From contig OY843592.1 in assembly GCA_963692865.2 (NCBI GenBank), positions 3,584,001 through 3,648,000 on the forward strand: a stretch of 64,000 nt of DNA, read 5' to 3'. The stretch's first letter is position 1; each line of letters begins with the position of its first letter. This document shows, piece after piece, positions 19,289-29,104 of the stretch. The DNA comes from a bacterium (GTDB lineage: Bacteria; UBA8248). The position numbers were made by a program, and so were the translations under genes. The notes beneath the pieces are model-generated. The model worked only from the letters and a program-made list of their open reading frames with translations, made no database searches and was not told the origin of the DNA.

Positions 19289-19756
19289 CTAGGGGCGGAT
19301 CTGCAGGGTGAGGATGGTCTCCACCGGCGCGTCGTAGGTGAGTTCGTTGATGTTGAGCGCCGCGCGCGCGTGCCTGCCCCGCTCCTCGCCGAGCACCTCG
19401 ACGAGGAGGTCGCTCTCCCCGTTCACCACCCAGGGCGCCTCCGTAAAGCCGGGCGCGCTGTTCACGTAGCCTTCGAGGCGCACGGCGCGCACGACGCGGT
19501 CCAGGTCGCCCCCCAGGCACTCCTTCGCCATGGCGAGGTGGTTCAGCCCGCACAGGCGCGCCGAGCGGTAGCCCTCCTCCACGCTGACGCCGCCGCCGAG
19601 CTTCCCCCGAACGGGGATCTCTCCGTTGTACTGGCCGATGGTGCCGGCGAGGAACAGCACCTCGCCCACCGCCACGCCGGGGATGTAGTTCGCCACGGCG
19701 GGCGGGACTTCGGGAAGTTCGATGCCGAGTTCTTCCAGCCTCTTTTCGATGCTCAT
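19289..19756 (-). CDS. RidA/YjgF family protein
   Basis: PPAVANY, GYVNSAPGF, NGESDLL, GRHAR and VE motifs. Confidence 0.88.
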   Translation of the reverse strand: MSIEKRLEELGIELPEVPPAVANYIPGVAVGEVLFLAGTIGQYNGEIPVRGKLGGGVSVEEGYRSARLCGLNHLAMAKECLGGDLDRVVRAVRLEGYVNSAPGFTEAPWVVNGESDLLVEVLGEERGRHARAALNINELTYDAPVETILTLQIRP

Positions 19757-19938
19757 ATTCGCGCTCCATGCCTGATGGGGGAAACGATCCGGGGAGGCGG
19801 GCGCGTCCTTCGCGCGGCGCGCCCGCGCCGGGACGATGGTAGCACAACTCCGCTTCCCCTGCGCCCGGATTTTTCGGGGACGGGCGTCCGCGCGCCGGGG
19901 CGGGAATCGAGCGCCCCCGAATCATGGCGAGACACGCG

Positions 19939-20508
19939 CTAACCGCCCGGCGGGTGGACGGAGCGCCCGGCGGTTCCGCGAGGCGGGCGGGCCTGGGCGA
20001 GGTCTCTCGGCGGGACGAAGTCGGTGAGAACCGCCGCGCCCTCGCGCAGCGAGGACCAGCGCGCCGCGTCGAGCGCGAACGCGGCCAGGGCGGCGGTCGG
20101 GAATTTTTCGTCCATGCGCCGACGCATCGGTTCGGGTCCGCCGCCGCAAATCCCGGCGGCGAGGTCCTCGATCCCCGGGTTGTGGGCGATAAGCAGCACG
20201 CAATCGACGGCGGCTTCGACCCGTTCGAGGCGTCCCAGCAGGGCCGCCGCGTCCGCTCCGTAGAGGCCGCTCTCGATGCGCGCGACGGCGTCGCGGGCCA
20301 GGACGGGCAGCATCAGGGCCAGGGTCTCGCGGGCGCGCCGGGCGGCCGAGCACAGGATGAGGCCGGGCGACGGGCCGCCATGCGCGAGACGCCGGGCGAT
20401 CAGCGGCGCCGCGCGGCGGCCGCGTTCGCTCAGCGGGCGATCGAAATCGGCCAGCCCCGGCTCCGACCAGCTCGACTTGGCGTGCCGCAGCAGGAAAAGG
20501 GTCTTCAT
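19939..20508 (-). CDS. sixA: SixA-like phosphohistidine phosphatase
   Basis: LLRHAKS, DRPL, SAARRARET and HNP motifs. Confidence 0.85.
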   Translation of the reverse strand: MKTLFLLRHAKSSWSEPGLADFDRPLSERGRRAAPLIARRLAHGGPSPGLILCSAARRARETLALMLPVLARDAVARIESGLYGADAAALLGRLERVEAAVDCVLLIAHNPGIEDLAAGICGGGPEPMRRRMDEKFPTAALAAFALDAARWSSLREGAAVLTDFVPPRDLAQARPPRGTAGRSVHPPGG

Positions 20509-20704
20509 GGCGCCGTCCGCCTCACGATGGTTTCACCCGGTGCGGGCCATTGTCCTTCAGCCGGGAAAGGGCGTCAAACGGAGCGCAGTCAACGACGGCG
20601 GCGCTTCTCGTTCCCGTACGGCCGGACAAAAATAATGGCGAAGGTTCGGGAAAACGGCTCTCAAGCGGGGCGAAACGCCTCCCTGCGTTTCATCCGTGGG
20701 GCAT

Positions 20705-21140
20705 GGGGCTGTTGAAAAAGCACCTTTAAGGAGGCAAAGGGGCGAACCCGCATGAACCCCGCCCCCCTCGTCGGAACCAACCCCCTATCCCCCCTTGTCG
20801 GGGTTGTTAAAAAACCTGTCCCTCTCGGATCAACTACGTTTTACCTGTAGGGGCCGCATACCATGCGGCCCGGCCTTTTCGCCTTCCCAATACGGGTCGC
20901 ATGATATGCGACCCCTACAATAGAAACGACAATGAAGGCGGTGGTCAATCCGAGCGAAAAGGGGTTTTTCAACAGCCCCTTGTCAGGGGTCAAACGCGAG
21001 TGAGGAACGAGCGTTTGCATAAGCCATTGATGAGAAACACATCGGCTCGCAAAACCTCCCTCTTCGGTCGGTTTTGACCCCTGTCAAGGGGGGGTAGGGG
21101 GGGTTGCCTTTACCCTGCCAGCGGGGTTTTCAACAACCCC
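20705..21140. mobile_element. Nested TIR mini-elements (outer 20705-21140, inner 20800-20979 with TTGTC duplication)
   Basis: Two left and two right TIRs; TTGTC at 20795-20799 and 20980-20984. Confidence 0.8.
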
Positions 21141-21477
21141 CCATACGGTGGGCTGGCCGCATGACTCGATTTTTTGTTTATCGGGGCGATAATTCACGTA
21201 AACGAGGCATAAAACGGCTGAAAAACCAGGGAATTTTCCAGTCGTTTTTACTCTTGAAAAGGGCGGTTCCCGGACCGTTCGCCATTTTTTTCGTCCTCCC
21301 ACGGAGGCGGCGCGCTTTCACGGCTGCGGGCAAGTCGCCCTGCGAGACGGATGATCCGGCTCCGGATTTGAAATCGACGCCGGGCGTGTTAGGTTGCGCG
21401 TTTTGCGCGCGCGCCGCCGGGACAGCCGGACGGGCGCGCCGCGTTTGACCATTGCCCGAGATGGAGGCCGAATCTTC

Positions 21478-22710
21478 ATGAGCCGCGTTCCCGCCACCGA
21501 TATCCATCCCGGCCGCGGCGCCGTGCTCGCGATTATCGTGGCCGGTTGCCTGATCTCGCTCATCGGATTCGGGATCCGCGGGAGCTTCGGGCTCTATCTC
21601 GAGCCGATGACGGTCGCGAACGGGTGGTCGCGCCAGACCTTCGCGTTCGCGATGGCGGTACAGAACCTGTTGTGGGGAATCGGCGTCCCGGTCGCCGGGG
21701 CCATCGCGGACCGGTACGGAACCGCGTTCGTGATCGTCTTCGGCGCCGTCGTCTTCGCGGCGGGCGTCGCGGGCATGGCGGCGGCGGAGAGCGGAATCGC
21801 GCTCCTGTTGAGCGGCGGCCTCCTCGTCGGCCTCGGGGTCGCGTTCACCTCGTTCTCGCTCGTGCTCGCCGCCATCGCGCGGGTCGTGGGGCCGGAGCGC
21901 CGCTCGCTCGCCCTCGGCTTCGGCACCGCGGCCGGCTCGCTCGGTCAGGTGATCTTCTCACCCCTCACCCAGGCGCTGATATCGGGCTACGGCTGGCACG
22001 ACTCGCTCGTGATTATCTCCCTCGTCACGCTGGTCATGATCCCGCTCGCGTTCACCCTGCGGGGCGCGGGCAAGGCGGTCGGCGAGCCGGACTCGGGCCA
22101 GACGCTCGGGGAAGCCCTCGGCGAGGCGATGAGCCATCGCGGCTACGTGCTCCTCACCGCCGGGTTCTTCGTGTGCGGGTTCCACGTCGCGTTCATGGTC
22201 GTGCACTTCCCCGCCTACGTCACCGATCTCGGCCTCTCGCCGCACGTGGGCGCCTATGCGATCTCGATCGTCGGGCTGCTCAACATCTTCGGCGCGTTCA
22301 TGTCGGGCGCCGTCGGCCAGCGGTTCAGCAAGAAGACGAGCCTTTCCGTCATCTACTCGGCCCGGGGGCTGGTCATCCTCGCGCTCCTGACGGCCCCGGC
22401 GAGCGACCTGACGATCTACCTGTTCGCCGCGGCGATGGGGGTGCTGTGGCTCTCGACGGTCCCGCTGACCACCGGCATCGTCGCGCAGCTCTTCGGGCTG
22501 AAATTCATGGCGACCCTCTCCGGCATCGTGTTCCTGGGCCACCAGATCGGAAGCTTCATCGGCGTGTGGATGGGCGGGGTGATCCACGACCGCACCGGCT
22601 CGTACGACCTGATGTGGTGGGCCGCCGCGCTCCTGGCGGCGTTCGCGGCCGTCCTCCATCTGGCCATCGACGAGAAGCCGGTCCCCCGCCTCGCGATGGA
22701 GGAGGGCTGA
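21478..22710 (+). CDS. MFS transporter
   Basis: About 12 hydrophobic segments; GAIADRYG motif A; GFFVCGFH. Confidence 0.9.
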   Translation: MSRVPATDIHPGRGAVLAIIVAGCLISLIGFGIRGSFGLYLEPMTVANGWSRQTFAFAMAVQNLLWGIGVPVAGAIADRYGTAFVIVFGAVVFAAGVAGMAAAESGIALLLSGGLLVGLGVAFTSFSLVLAAIARVVGPERRSLALGFGTAAGSLGQVIFSPLTQALISGYGWHDSLVIISLVTLVMIPLAFTLRGAGKAVGEPDSGQTLGEALGEAMSHRGYVLLTAGFFVCGFHVAFMVVHFPAYVTDLGLSPHVGAYAISIVGLLNIFGAFMSGAVGQRFSKKTSLSVIYSARGLVILALLTAPASDLTIYLFAAAMGVLWLSTVPLTTGIVAQLFGLKFMATLSGIVFLGHQIGSFIGVWMGGVIHDRTGSYDLMWWAAALLAAFAAVLHLAIDEKPVPRLAMEEG

Positions 22711-22730
22711 ACGCGGCCGGACGGAAACAA

Positions 22731-23083
22731 GGGGTTGTTGAAAAAGCCTGATTTCGCGATTCGGCGCATATTGCCTACCGGGGAGAGAGAAGAATCACTC
22801 CCCCCTTGAGGGGGAGTAGCAGAAGCCGAGCGGTTTGTGCGAAGGCTGATGCGTGGGGGGTCAAACGCGAGTGAGGAACGAGCGTTTGCAAAGCCATCAA
22901 TGAGAAATACATCGGAACGCAATTCCTCGCTCCTCGCTCGGAATTGACCCCCCACCAACTCGCCTGCGGGCTTCGCCCTTGCCTCGTTGTCGGCCTTCCC
23001 GATTAGAGAAGGCCGACCCTCAAAAGGGGGGAGTGAAATTCAAAAGCGTGTGCGCAACTCAAAATTGCTTCCCGGGGCTTTTT
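22731..23083. mobile_element. Expanded TIR mini-element (right TIR truncated)
   Basis: GGGGTTGTTGAAAAAGCCTGATTTC left end; inner repeat at 22796-23035; right segment matches 12360-12410. Confidence 0.65.
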
Positions 23084-23188
23084 AGGGAGTAAAGGGGACT
23101 GGAAAAGCAATCCCCCCTTGTCGTCAGGGGAGGTAGGGGGGGTTGCTTTTCGATGAGGGGATCCTCCCGCATCAATCGGGTTTGGTCT

Positions 23189-23352
23189 GTAGGTCAGACA
23201 TATATGTCTGACATATCATGCGGCCCATCGCCGGAGGGGCGAAAAAGGCCGGGTCGCATGATATGCGACCCCTACGGAACGAGACGTAGGGGCGGACCCG
23301 TGTGTCCGCCCGTCGGTCCGACATAGGACAGGCGCGGAGGCCCGTCCCTGCA
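23189..23352. repeat. Cluster of GTAG-type REP hairpins
   Basis: GTAGGTCAGACATATATGTCTGAC, GGGTCGCATGATATGCGACCCCTAC, GTAGGGGCGGACCCGTGTGTCCGCCC; lies between convergent genes. Confidence 0.75.
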
Positions 23353-23358
23353 ACGCCT

Positions 23359-24147
23359 TTACGCGCCCTTGTTCGCGGGCGGGGTAACGCCGATTTCGCC
23401 GCGCAGGAGGCGGCGGAAGGCCGGGCGGCGCCGCATGTCGTGCGACAGGGTGCTCGCGAGGCGCCGCCACGTCACGGAGACGACGCCCTCCGCGCGCTTG
23501 TGCGCCTTGCGCGCGAGTCTGCGGTCGCGCTCGATCTGGGAGTCGTCCTGATCGTCGTGGGAGACGACGGGCGGGTCGACGTAGAAGACGTTCAGCCCGT
23601 TCTCCCAGAAGCGGGAGAGCGCCTGGTCGATTTCGCGCATCATCCGGGGCGTGTTCTCGATAAAATGGCGCGCCGCCTCGCGCGTGATGACGTAGCCTTC
23701 GCTGCCGTAGTCGTGGTAGCGAACCCGCCCGACGCCGTGCCCCGTCTCCAGGCGCTCGCAGGGAATGAAGGCTCTGGTCGAGCGCCGGTTCAGCTTCACG
23801 ACGTCGAAGGCGAACGGCCTGCGCTCCAGCGCGTCCAGCACCTCGGGAAAGTCCGCCGACAGCCCGGCGTCGTCCTCCAGGACAGCCACGGTTTCGGGAC
23901 CGTTCTCCACGACTTCGCGCATGATCCGGCGATGGCTCATCCAGCAGGCAATCTCCGCATCGGCCTGGGGCCAGAGGCCCAGCCGCCGCCTGGTTTCCCT
24001 GTCGACCATTGAATAGGTCTCCTGCGTGAAGTCCCGTATGTCGGCGGCGGGGTGAAACGCCGCTTCCAGACCGAGAGAGGCGAACTGCTCCTCCATCCGG
24101 CGTCTGCGCTCCTTGGCCCTTTCGAGATTGATGACGAACGTTTTCAT
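23359..24147 (-). CDS. Glycosyltransferase family 25
   Basis: VINLERAKERR, EIACWMSH, VLEDD and YVIT motifs. Confidence 0.88.
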   Translation of the reverse strand: MKTFVINLERAKERRRRMEEQFASLGLEAAFHPAADIRDFTQETYSMVDRETRRRLGLWPQADAEIACWMSHRRIMREVVENGPETVAVLEDDAGLSADFPEVLDALERRPFAFDVVKLNRRSTRAFIPCERLETGHGVGRVRYHDYGSEGYVITREAARHFIENTPRMMREIDQALSRFWENGLNVFYVDPPVVSHDDQDDSQIERDRRLARKAHKRAEGVVSVTWRRLASTLSHDMRRRPAFRRLLRGEIGVTPPANKGA

Positions 24148-24227
24148 GGTCGGGTCCCCTCGTGCTCGTGTCGGCGAATCTTTTCCTTAATCTTCGGGAG
24201 AATACTGACGCAGATCCTCCCGCAAGT

Positions 24228-25424
24228 TCAAAGCACCCGGCGGCGCTGGCGCACCAGGTCGAGTATCAGGCGCTCGTACTGATCAACCGAGGCGTCGAAG
24301 GAGAACTCCCGCGCCCTGACGAGCAGGGTATCCTCGTCCGGCGGTGAGTCGAGAACGCGCTCCATGGCCGCCGCAAGCGCGGAATCGTCCCCCACGGGCA
24401 CAAGCGGCCCGAAACGTCCGTCATCCAGTATCTCCGACGCGCCGGCGCGGCAGTTCGTGCTCACGCACGGGCAGCCGCACGCCATCGCCTCGATGAGGAC
24501 GGTGGGCAGACCTTCATATTTGGAGGAAAGAACGAACAGCGAGGCGCGGCTCATGAAGGCGTAGGGGTTCGAGGCCCAGCCGGGCAGGGACACTTTTTTC
24601 TGGATCCCCAGCTTGCGGATCATCTTCTCCAGCCTCTTCCGCCAGCTTCCTTCCCCCAGAATGATCAAGCGGACGTCGCGATTCCGGGAAACCCGCCGGA
24701 ACGCCTTTAGCAAGGTGGGGAAATCCTTGGCCCGCGCGAGCCTTCCGGCAGCCAGTATGACCGGGGGGCCATCGTCGGACATCCAGGGATGATCGGGAAC
24801 CAAGTGAGCCAGTTCGGCGATTTCTTCCGTGACGACGGGATTGTAGATTCGGGAAATTTCTTCGCGGGGGAAATTAATTTTAAGGGTGATACTGTCCGCG
24901 ACGCCGTCCGATACGGCGACGACCCGATCCGCCGTGGGGAACAGAATAGCGTAGAGTTTCCGGAATCTCCGCTTCGTGTGCATGAGAACGATGTGTACGG
25001 TTGGGATCACCACCGGATTCAGCCTGGTGAAACAAAGCGCCAGCAGCGTCGCCGATTTCGCTCCGGGGAGCGAGGGGAGAATGCAGTCCGGCCGTTCTTC
25101 GTCGATATAGGCGGCCACGGAGCGGGCGTCCTTGAGCAAATCCGTCCGCAGATTTTTCAGTATTCTGGAGCCGAAGCGCCGCGCAAGACGAATGCGGTCA
25201 CGAAAACCATGTATCCGTTTCTGTTCCAACAAAAAGCAGCGCGCCTCGGGGGGAATTTCATCTTTAAGCGTCTCAATTTTTTCGAATAAAAGGATGTCCA
25301 CACGATACCCACGTTCAATAAGCCCGCGCGCCAGCCTAAGTACGATACGCTCCGCTCCGCCACCGCCCAAATGAGGAATGATGATGGTGATTCGCAGGGA
25401 TTTTTCAGGCTCGTTCATTTCCAA
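24228..25424 (-). CDS. Glycosyltransferase family 4
   Basis: GGGAER, AVSDGV, AGRL..KDF and SSKYEGLPTVLIEAMACG motifs. Confidence 0.92.
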   Translation of the reverse strand: MEMNEPEKSLRITIIIPHLGGGGAERIVLRLARGLIERGYRVDILLFEKIETLKDEIPPEARCFLLEQKRIHGFRDRIRLARRFGSRILKNLRTDLLKDARSVAAYIDEERPDCILPSLPGAKSATLLALCFTRLNPVVIPTVHIVLMHTKRRFRKLYAILFPTADRVVAVSDGVADSITLKINFPREEISRIYNPVVTEEIAELAHLVPDHPWMSDDGPPVILAAGRLARAKDFPTLLKAFRRVSRNRDVRLIILGEGSWRKRLEKMIRKLGIQKKVSLPGWASNPYAFMSRASLFVLSSKYEGLPTVLIEAMACGCPCVSTNCRAGASEILDDGRFGPLVPVGDDSALAAAMERVLDSPPDEDTLLVRAREFSFDASVDQYERLILDLVRQRRRVL

Positions 25425-25644
25425 ATACCTTCAAAAGGCCGGCTTTCTGTTTTTCCATGGCCGGTGAGAGTGATTCGGCTTCAAGGATAGTTTCCAGCGC
25501 GTCCTTGAGCATTTCCCGCAGGGAATTTACAGCCGCGTCCATTGAGCGGCCTTCTCCCGTGTAGGGCAATGTCGCATCGCTGACCATGCGAGCGCGAAAA
25601 TCTTTACCTTCGGCTTCCACGTAAATATGATAATCTTCGTCCAT
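25405..25644 (-). CDS. Small hypothetical protein, possibly HicB-like fold
   Basis: RBS GAAAGGGG; GEGRSMDAAVNSLREML resembles the HicB N-domain pattern. Confidence 0.4.
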   Translation of the reverse strand: MDEDYHIYVEAEGKDFRARMVSDATLPYTGEGRSMDAAVNSLREMLKDALETILEAESLSPAMEKQKAGLLKVFGNERA

Positions 25645-25730
25645 AGCGACCCCTTTCAAAGTGTTTAACATATTGTATGGGAACCGTTATAAAAGAACGG
25701 AATTTCTTAGTTTAAGGCCTTTCCTGCCAT

Positions 25731-26474
25731 CTAAGTTGTGACCGCTTCGTGTTTGGTATCTGCCATCACGGTTCCATGCTCTGCACGATAAGCACGCCCG
25801 ATATCCACCACCATAATGAGCCCTGCGCTCTTTTCCAGTCTCAGATAGGCATTCTTGAAGCGTTTGCAATACCGGAACAACTCTTTGTTGTAGGGGCCAT
25901 AATTCATGGAGGCCTGAGATTCGGGATCAAGATCGGGGTTCATCAGTTCTGAATATTGATTAGCGAATTCCCGCTCAACGAAACATGGGCAAAGGGTAAA
26001 CCAAGGGAATCTCATCCTGAATGGGGTATAACGAATTCTCTTGCTTCTCGTTTTGAATTTTTGTCTACGGCTTCTCCAGTGTTTCATGTTGTTCTGGTGG
26101 AACATCGTAACCATTTTGGTCCTGCAATCGAGAAGCTCGAATACTTCTTCAGGGTCAACCTTCGCAATCGCCAGCCAATCATCTTCAAGGTGAAGCGCAA
26201 CTGGAGATGATATTTTCGACCAGAGGTTCTTCACCGCCAGACCGAACCCCGGAATTTCCGGCATGGATAATTCGGCGTCCGGGAAATAGTGCAGAATCAT
26301 ATCTCGACACGTCTCCCCGTCTTTAGTCGTCCCCATGTACGGGTCGATGTTTGCGAATACCTGATGGATTACAAAACCGGGGAAAACGTTTTCCCGAAAA
26401 GACTTGAGCGTGAGTTCAAGAAGTTTTGGTCTGCGACCGGAGATCAAGGTAAGGTCAATTTCTGTGATTTCCAC
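25731..26474 (-). CDS. Putative GT-A fold glycosyltransferase
   Basis: RPKLLELTLKSF and HLEDDW motifs; lies within the glycosyltransferase cluster. Confidence 0.6.
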   Translation of the reverse strand: MEITEIDLTLISGRRPKLLELTLKSFRENVFPGFVIHQVFANIDPYMGTTKDGETCRDMILHYFPDAELSMPEIPGFGLAVKNLWSKISSPVALHLEDDWLAIAKVDPEEVFELLDCRTKMVTMFHQNNMKHWRSRRQKFKTRSKRIRYTPFRMRFPWFTLCPCFVEREFANQYSELMNPDLDPESQASMNYGPYNKELFRYCKRFKNAYLRLEKSAGLIMVVDIGRAYRAEHGTVMADTKHEAVTT

Positions 26475-26557
26475 GTTGCTTCTCCTTTACTCATCAAACC
26501 AGGAAATTCCGTTATTTTTCCCTACCGAGTCTATCCGTCATCTCGTCTCATCTCTTG

Positions 26558-27352
26558 TCATAAATCGCCGCCGTTCCTTGCGCCCCGCACCTTGCGGTAA
26601 AAACATGCGCGCTTGAGAATTTCTTCCCTGCAATGGCTCAGCGCGCGGCTCGGCAGTTTCCAGAAATTCCGTCTCGGCCGGGTACTCTTCGCCTCCTGAA
26701 GGAAAGAATGGCCGCCCGCCTCGTTTCCATCGAACACGACCGGCGTTTCCAGGGAGAAGACGTTCAGCCCGTTTTCCCAGTATGCGTGCAGCGTATGGTC
26801 GGTGCGGTTTACTATTTTCGGGAAGCGCTCCAGAAGACGGCTCGCCCCTTTTTTCGAGACCACGTAACTCTGCGTCCCCCAGTCCGAAAACTTCGTGATG
26901 CCCAGCCGGATGCCCGAATCGACCCTCTTGAGCGGCGCGAAGGGTTTGTCCGTATTGTGCCGGTGCAGAAAAACGAAGTCGAATTCCCAGCCCGAGGCGT
27001 AGAGCCGCGCAAGCGCATCGAGCGCGCCGCCGATTCCGGGCGCGAGCGTTACGTCGTCCTCGAAGACGGCGGCGAGTTCATCCTCTCCCGCCGCGACGCC
27101 TTCGAGCGCCTTCCTGTGGCTCAAGTGGCAGGCGATCATGCCGTCCGAAAGCGGGCGGCGGCCCTCCCTGTCGCGGGATTCCCTGTCCACGAGGGCCCAA
27201 TCCTGCTCGTCCAGGTCGCGCCAGTCCGTGGCGTCTAAAATCTCGAATTCGATACCCAAGGCGCCGAACTGACTGCGCATCGCCTCGCGCCGGGTTTCCG
27301 CACGCGGCAGATTGATGACGATGCACTTCATCGCGCGCGGCGTGTCAACCAC
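26558..27352 (-). CDS. Glycosyltransferase family 25
   Basis: VINLPRAETRR, IACHLSH, FEDD and YVVS motifs; paralog of 23359-24147. Confidence 0.88.
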   Translation of the reverse strand: MVDTPRAMKCIVINLPRAETRREAMRSQFGALGIEFEILDATDWRDLDEQDWALVDRESRDREGRRPLSDGMIACHLSHRKALEGVAAGEDELAAVFEDDVTLAPGIGGALDALARLYASGWEFDFVFLHRHNTDKPFAPLKRVDSGIRLGITKFSDWGTQSYVVSKKGASRLLERFPKIVNRTDHTLHAYWENGLNVFSLETPVVFDGNEAGGHSFLQEAKSTRPRRNFWKLPSRALSHCREEILKRACFYRKVRGARNGGDL

Positions 27353-27540
27353 TGTTTCACTCCCTTGTGTTCTTATTTATTTATCAGAATTATTTGTTGA
27401 ATTCCCAATATTTATACATAATGAATGGCATGTTTTGATCACAGATTTTGGTCGAGCATATTTCGCCTGATAAGACATTATTAAACAAGAAGAAAATGGT
27501 TCTAGTATCCGGGTTGAGTGAGAACAAAATTAAATTCATC

Positions 27541-28461
27541 TCAATCAAGACGATATGGAGAACAAATAACCATTGAGTGATTTTTGTGAAAAATCTTATC
27601 GACCAAGGCTAACTTGAAGTCCTTTTTCCAGAAACCGATTTCTCGTAACTCGTAAATGAATTCATAATGGTTTTTTTTCAAAAACTCGATGGCCGGGTTT
27701 GCCCCATTCGAAATGTTCGAGGCCAATATTTCACATACGACAACCGGCTTGTGTTTATTCAGAAGATTAACGGCTCCTTCCAGACATTCCAATTCATGGT
27801 TTTCCACGTCGATTTTCAGAAAGTCGATGTCTTCGCAAGTGTTCACCATTTCCATGTTATCCAGTAAATCGACATCAAATTCCACGCTATTGAATTCATC
27901 ATTTGAAATGGTTGGACTTTTTGCAATAACCGCTTGACTGGCATCTGTTATAGGTTCGATTGCGCGTACCTTTTGATAGACATTTGAACATCCCAGATTT
28001 ACGGGAAAAACATTGCTTGCTAGTTTCGCATTGATTTTCAGAAGTTGATATGTTCTCGGGTGAGGCTCAATAGCAATTACCTTGTCAAAAAATTGCGCAA
28101 AATATAGCGCGTGGGTTCCGATATTCGCCCCGATATCCAGACATACAGCCTTGCTTTTAAGTTTCGGGAAAACTCTTAATGCCAGAAAGTCTAATTCTTT
28201 AATTTCATACCACCCGTTCATAAGTAGCTGCGCAGAAGAGCGATCTGATGAAAAACAAGCAACCTTGGGATATTTTTTTGCATTTTCCTTAATCGCTTCC
28301 GCTAAGTACTTGTGCGTTATACGCCTTGCCCCGTTAATCGGGTGTAATACCAGACGCAGCAAATTTCTTATGAATTTAGTTGCGCCCTTCACGAGAAGCC
28401 CAAGCATTGTCTTATTCTGGAGCATCTGCTGCTGTTCCATGCTCCATTTCATCTTTTTCAT
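27541..28461 (-). CDS. FkbM family methyltransferase
   Basis: LDIGANIG, IEP and LKIDVENHE motifs; AT-rich; start moved to an ATG after GAGG. Confidence 0.88.
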   Translation of the reverse strand: MKKMKWSMEQQQMLQNKTMLGLLVKGATKFIRNLLRLVLHPINGARRITHKYLAEAIKENAKKYPKVACFSSDRSSAQLLMNGWYEIKELDFLALRVFPKLKSKAVCLDIGANIGTHALYFAQFFDKVIAIEPHPRTYQLLKINAKLASNVFPVNLGCSNVYQKVRAIEPITDASQAVIAKSPTISNDEFNSVEFDVDLLDNMEMVNTCEDIDFLKIDVENHELECLEGAVNLLNKHKPVVVCEILASNISNGANPAIEFLKKNHYEFIYELREIGFWKKDFKLALVDKIFHKNHSMVICSPYRLD

Positions 28462-28679
28462 CGCTTTTCCTCGATAAGCTCCGTTCCAAATCCGCTGGCG
28501 ATAGTAGCATTTCTTCGCTGACGGGGTAACGAGCGGGGGGGGTCTCCATTCGGCGAAAGCGTGGTGAGAGTGATTGGCGGGGGCGGGCATCCGCTTCCGT
28601 TCTGACAGGCGGCGACCACAGGGGGCAGGACAACCCCTCTTCGGGGTTATCCCTGTTACGCGCCTCATTCGGGTGTCGG

Positions 28680-28911
28680 CGTAAGTCAGACATATATGTC
28701 TGACATATCATGCGGCCCTGCCTTTCCTTCACAATACGGGTCGCATGATATGCGACCCGTATTTTCATGCCTCCCACAAATGGGCCGCATGATATGCGGC
28801 CCCTACAAACCCCTCTGCTTTTCTCCTGCGCGGCTTTTTCAACAACCCCGACAAGGGGGGGGGTAGGGGGGGGTTGCCTTTACCCTGTCGGGGGGCTTTT
28901 TCAACGGCCCC
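28680..28911. repeat. REP hairpin cluster with two right-hand TIR copies
   Basis: GTCAGACATATATGTCTGAC and GCATGATATGC hairpins; TTTTTCAACAACCCC (to 28849) and TTTTTCAACGGCCCC (to 28911); 3' part matches 21085-21140. Confidence 0.75.
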
Positions 28912-29104
28912 ACGCCGCAATTCCCCGCACCTACCCGCAATTCCTCTTCTTCCTCAAACCCCGCCCTGCGGTATCGTGCGCGCGGCGCGGGGGAGCGGTT
29001 TCTCCCGCATCGGCGGGAATTGAACCGAAAGGACAGGGGGTATTCTCATGGGATTCAGTGATGCGGCGCGAGTGAAGACGGCGGCTCTCCCCGCCCCGCC
29101 CGGA

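Noticed and set aside
29016-29030. GGTTCAATTCC tRNA T-loop-like motif on the minus strand
   Set aside because: The flanking T-stem does not pair beyond 2 bp and no cloverleaf is visible.
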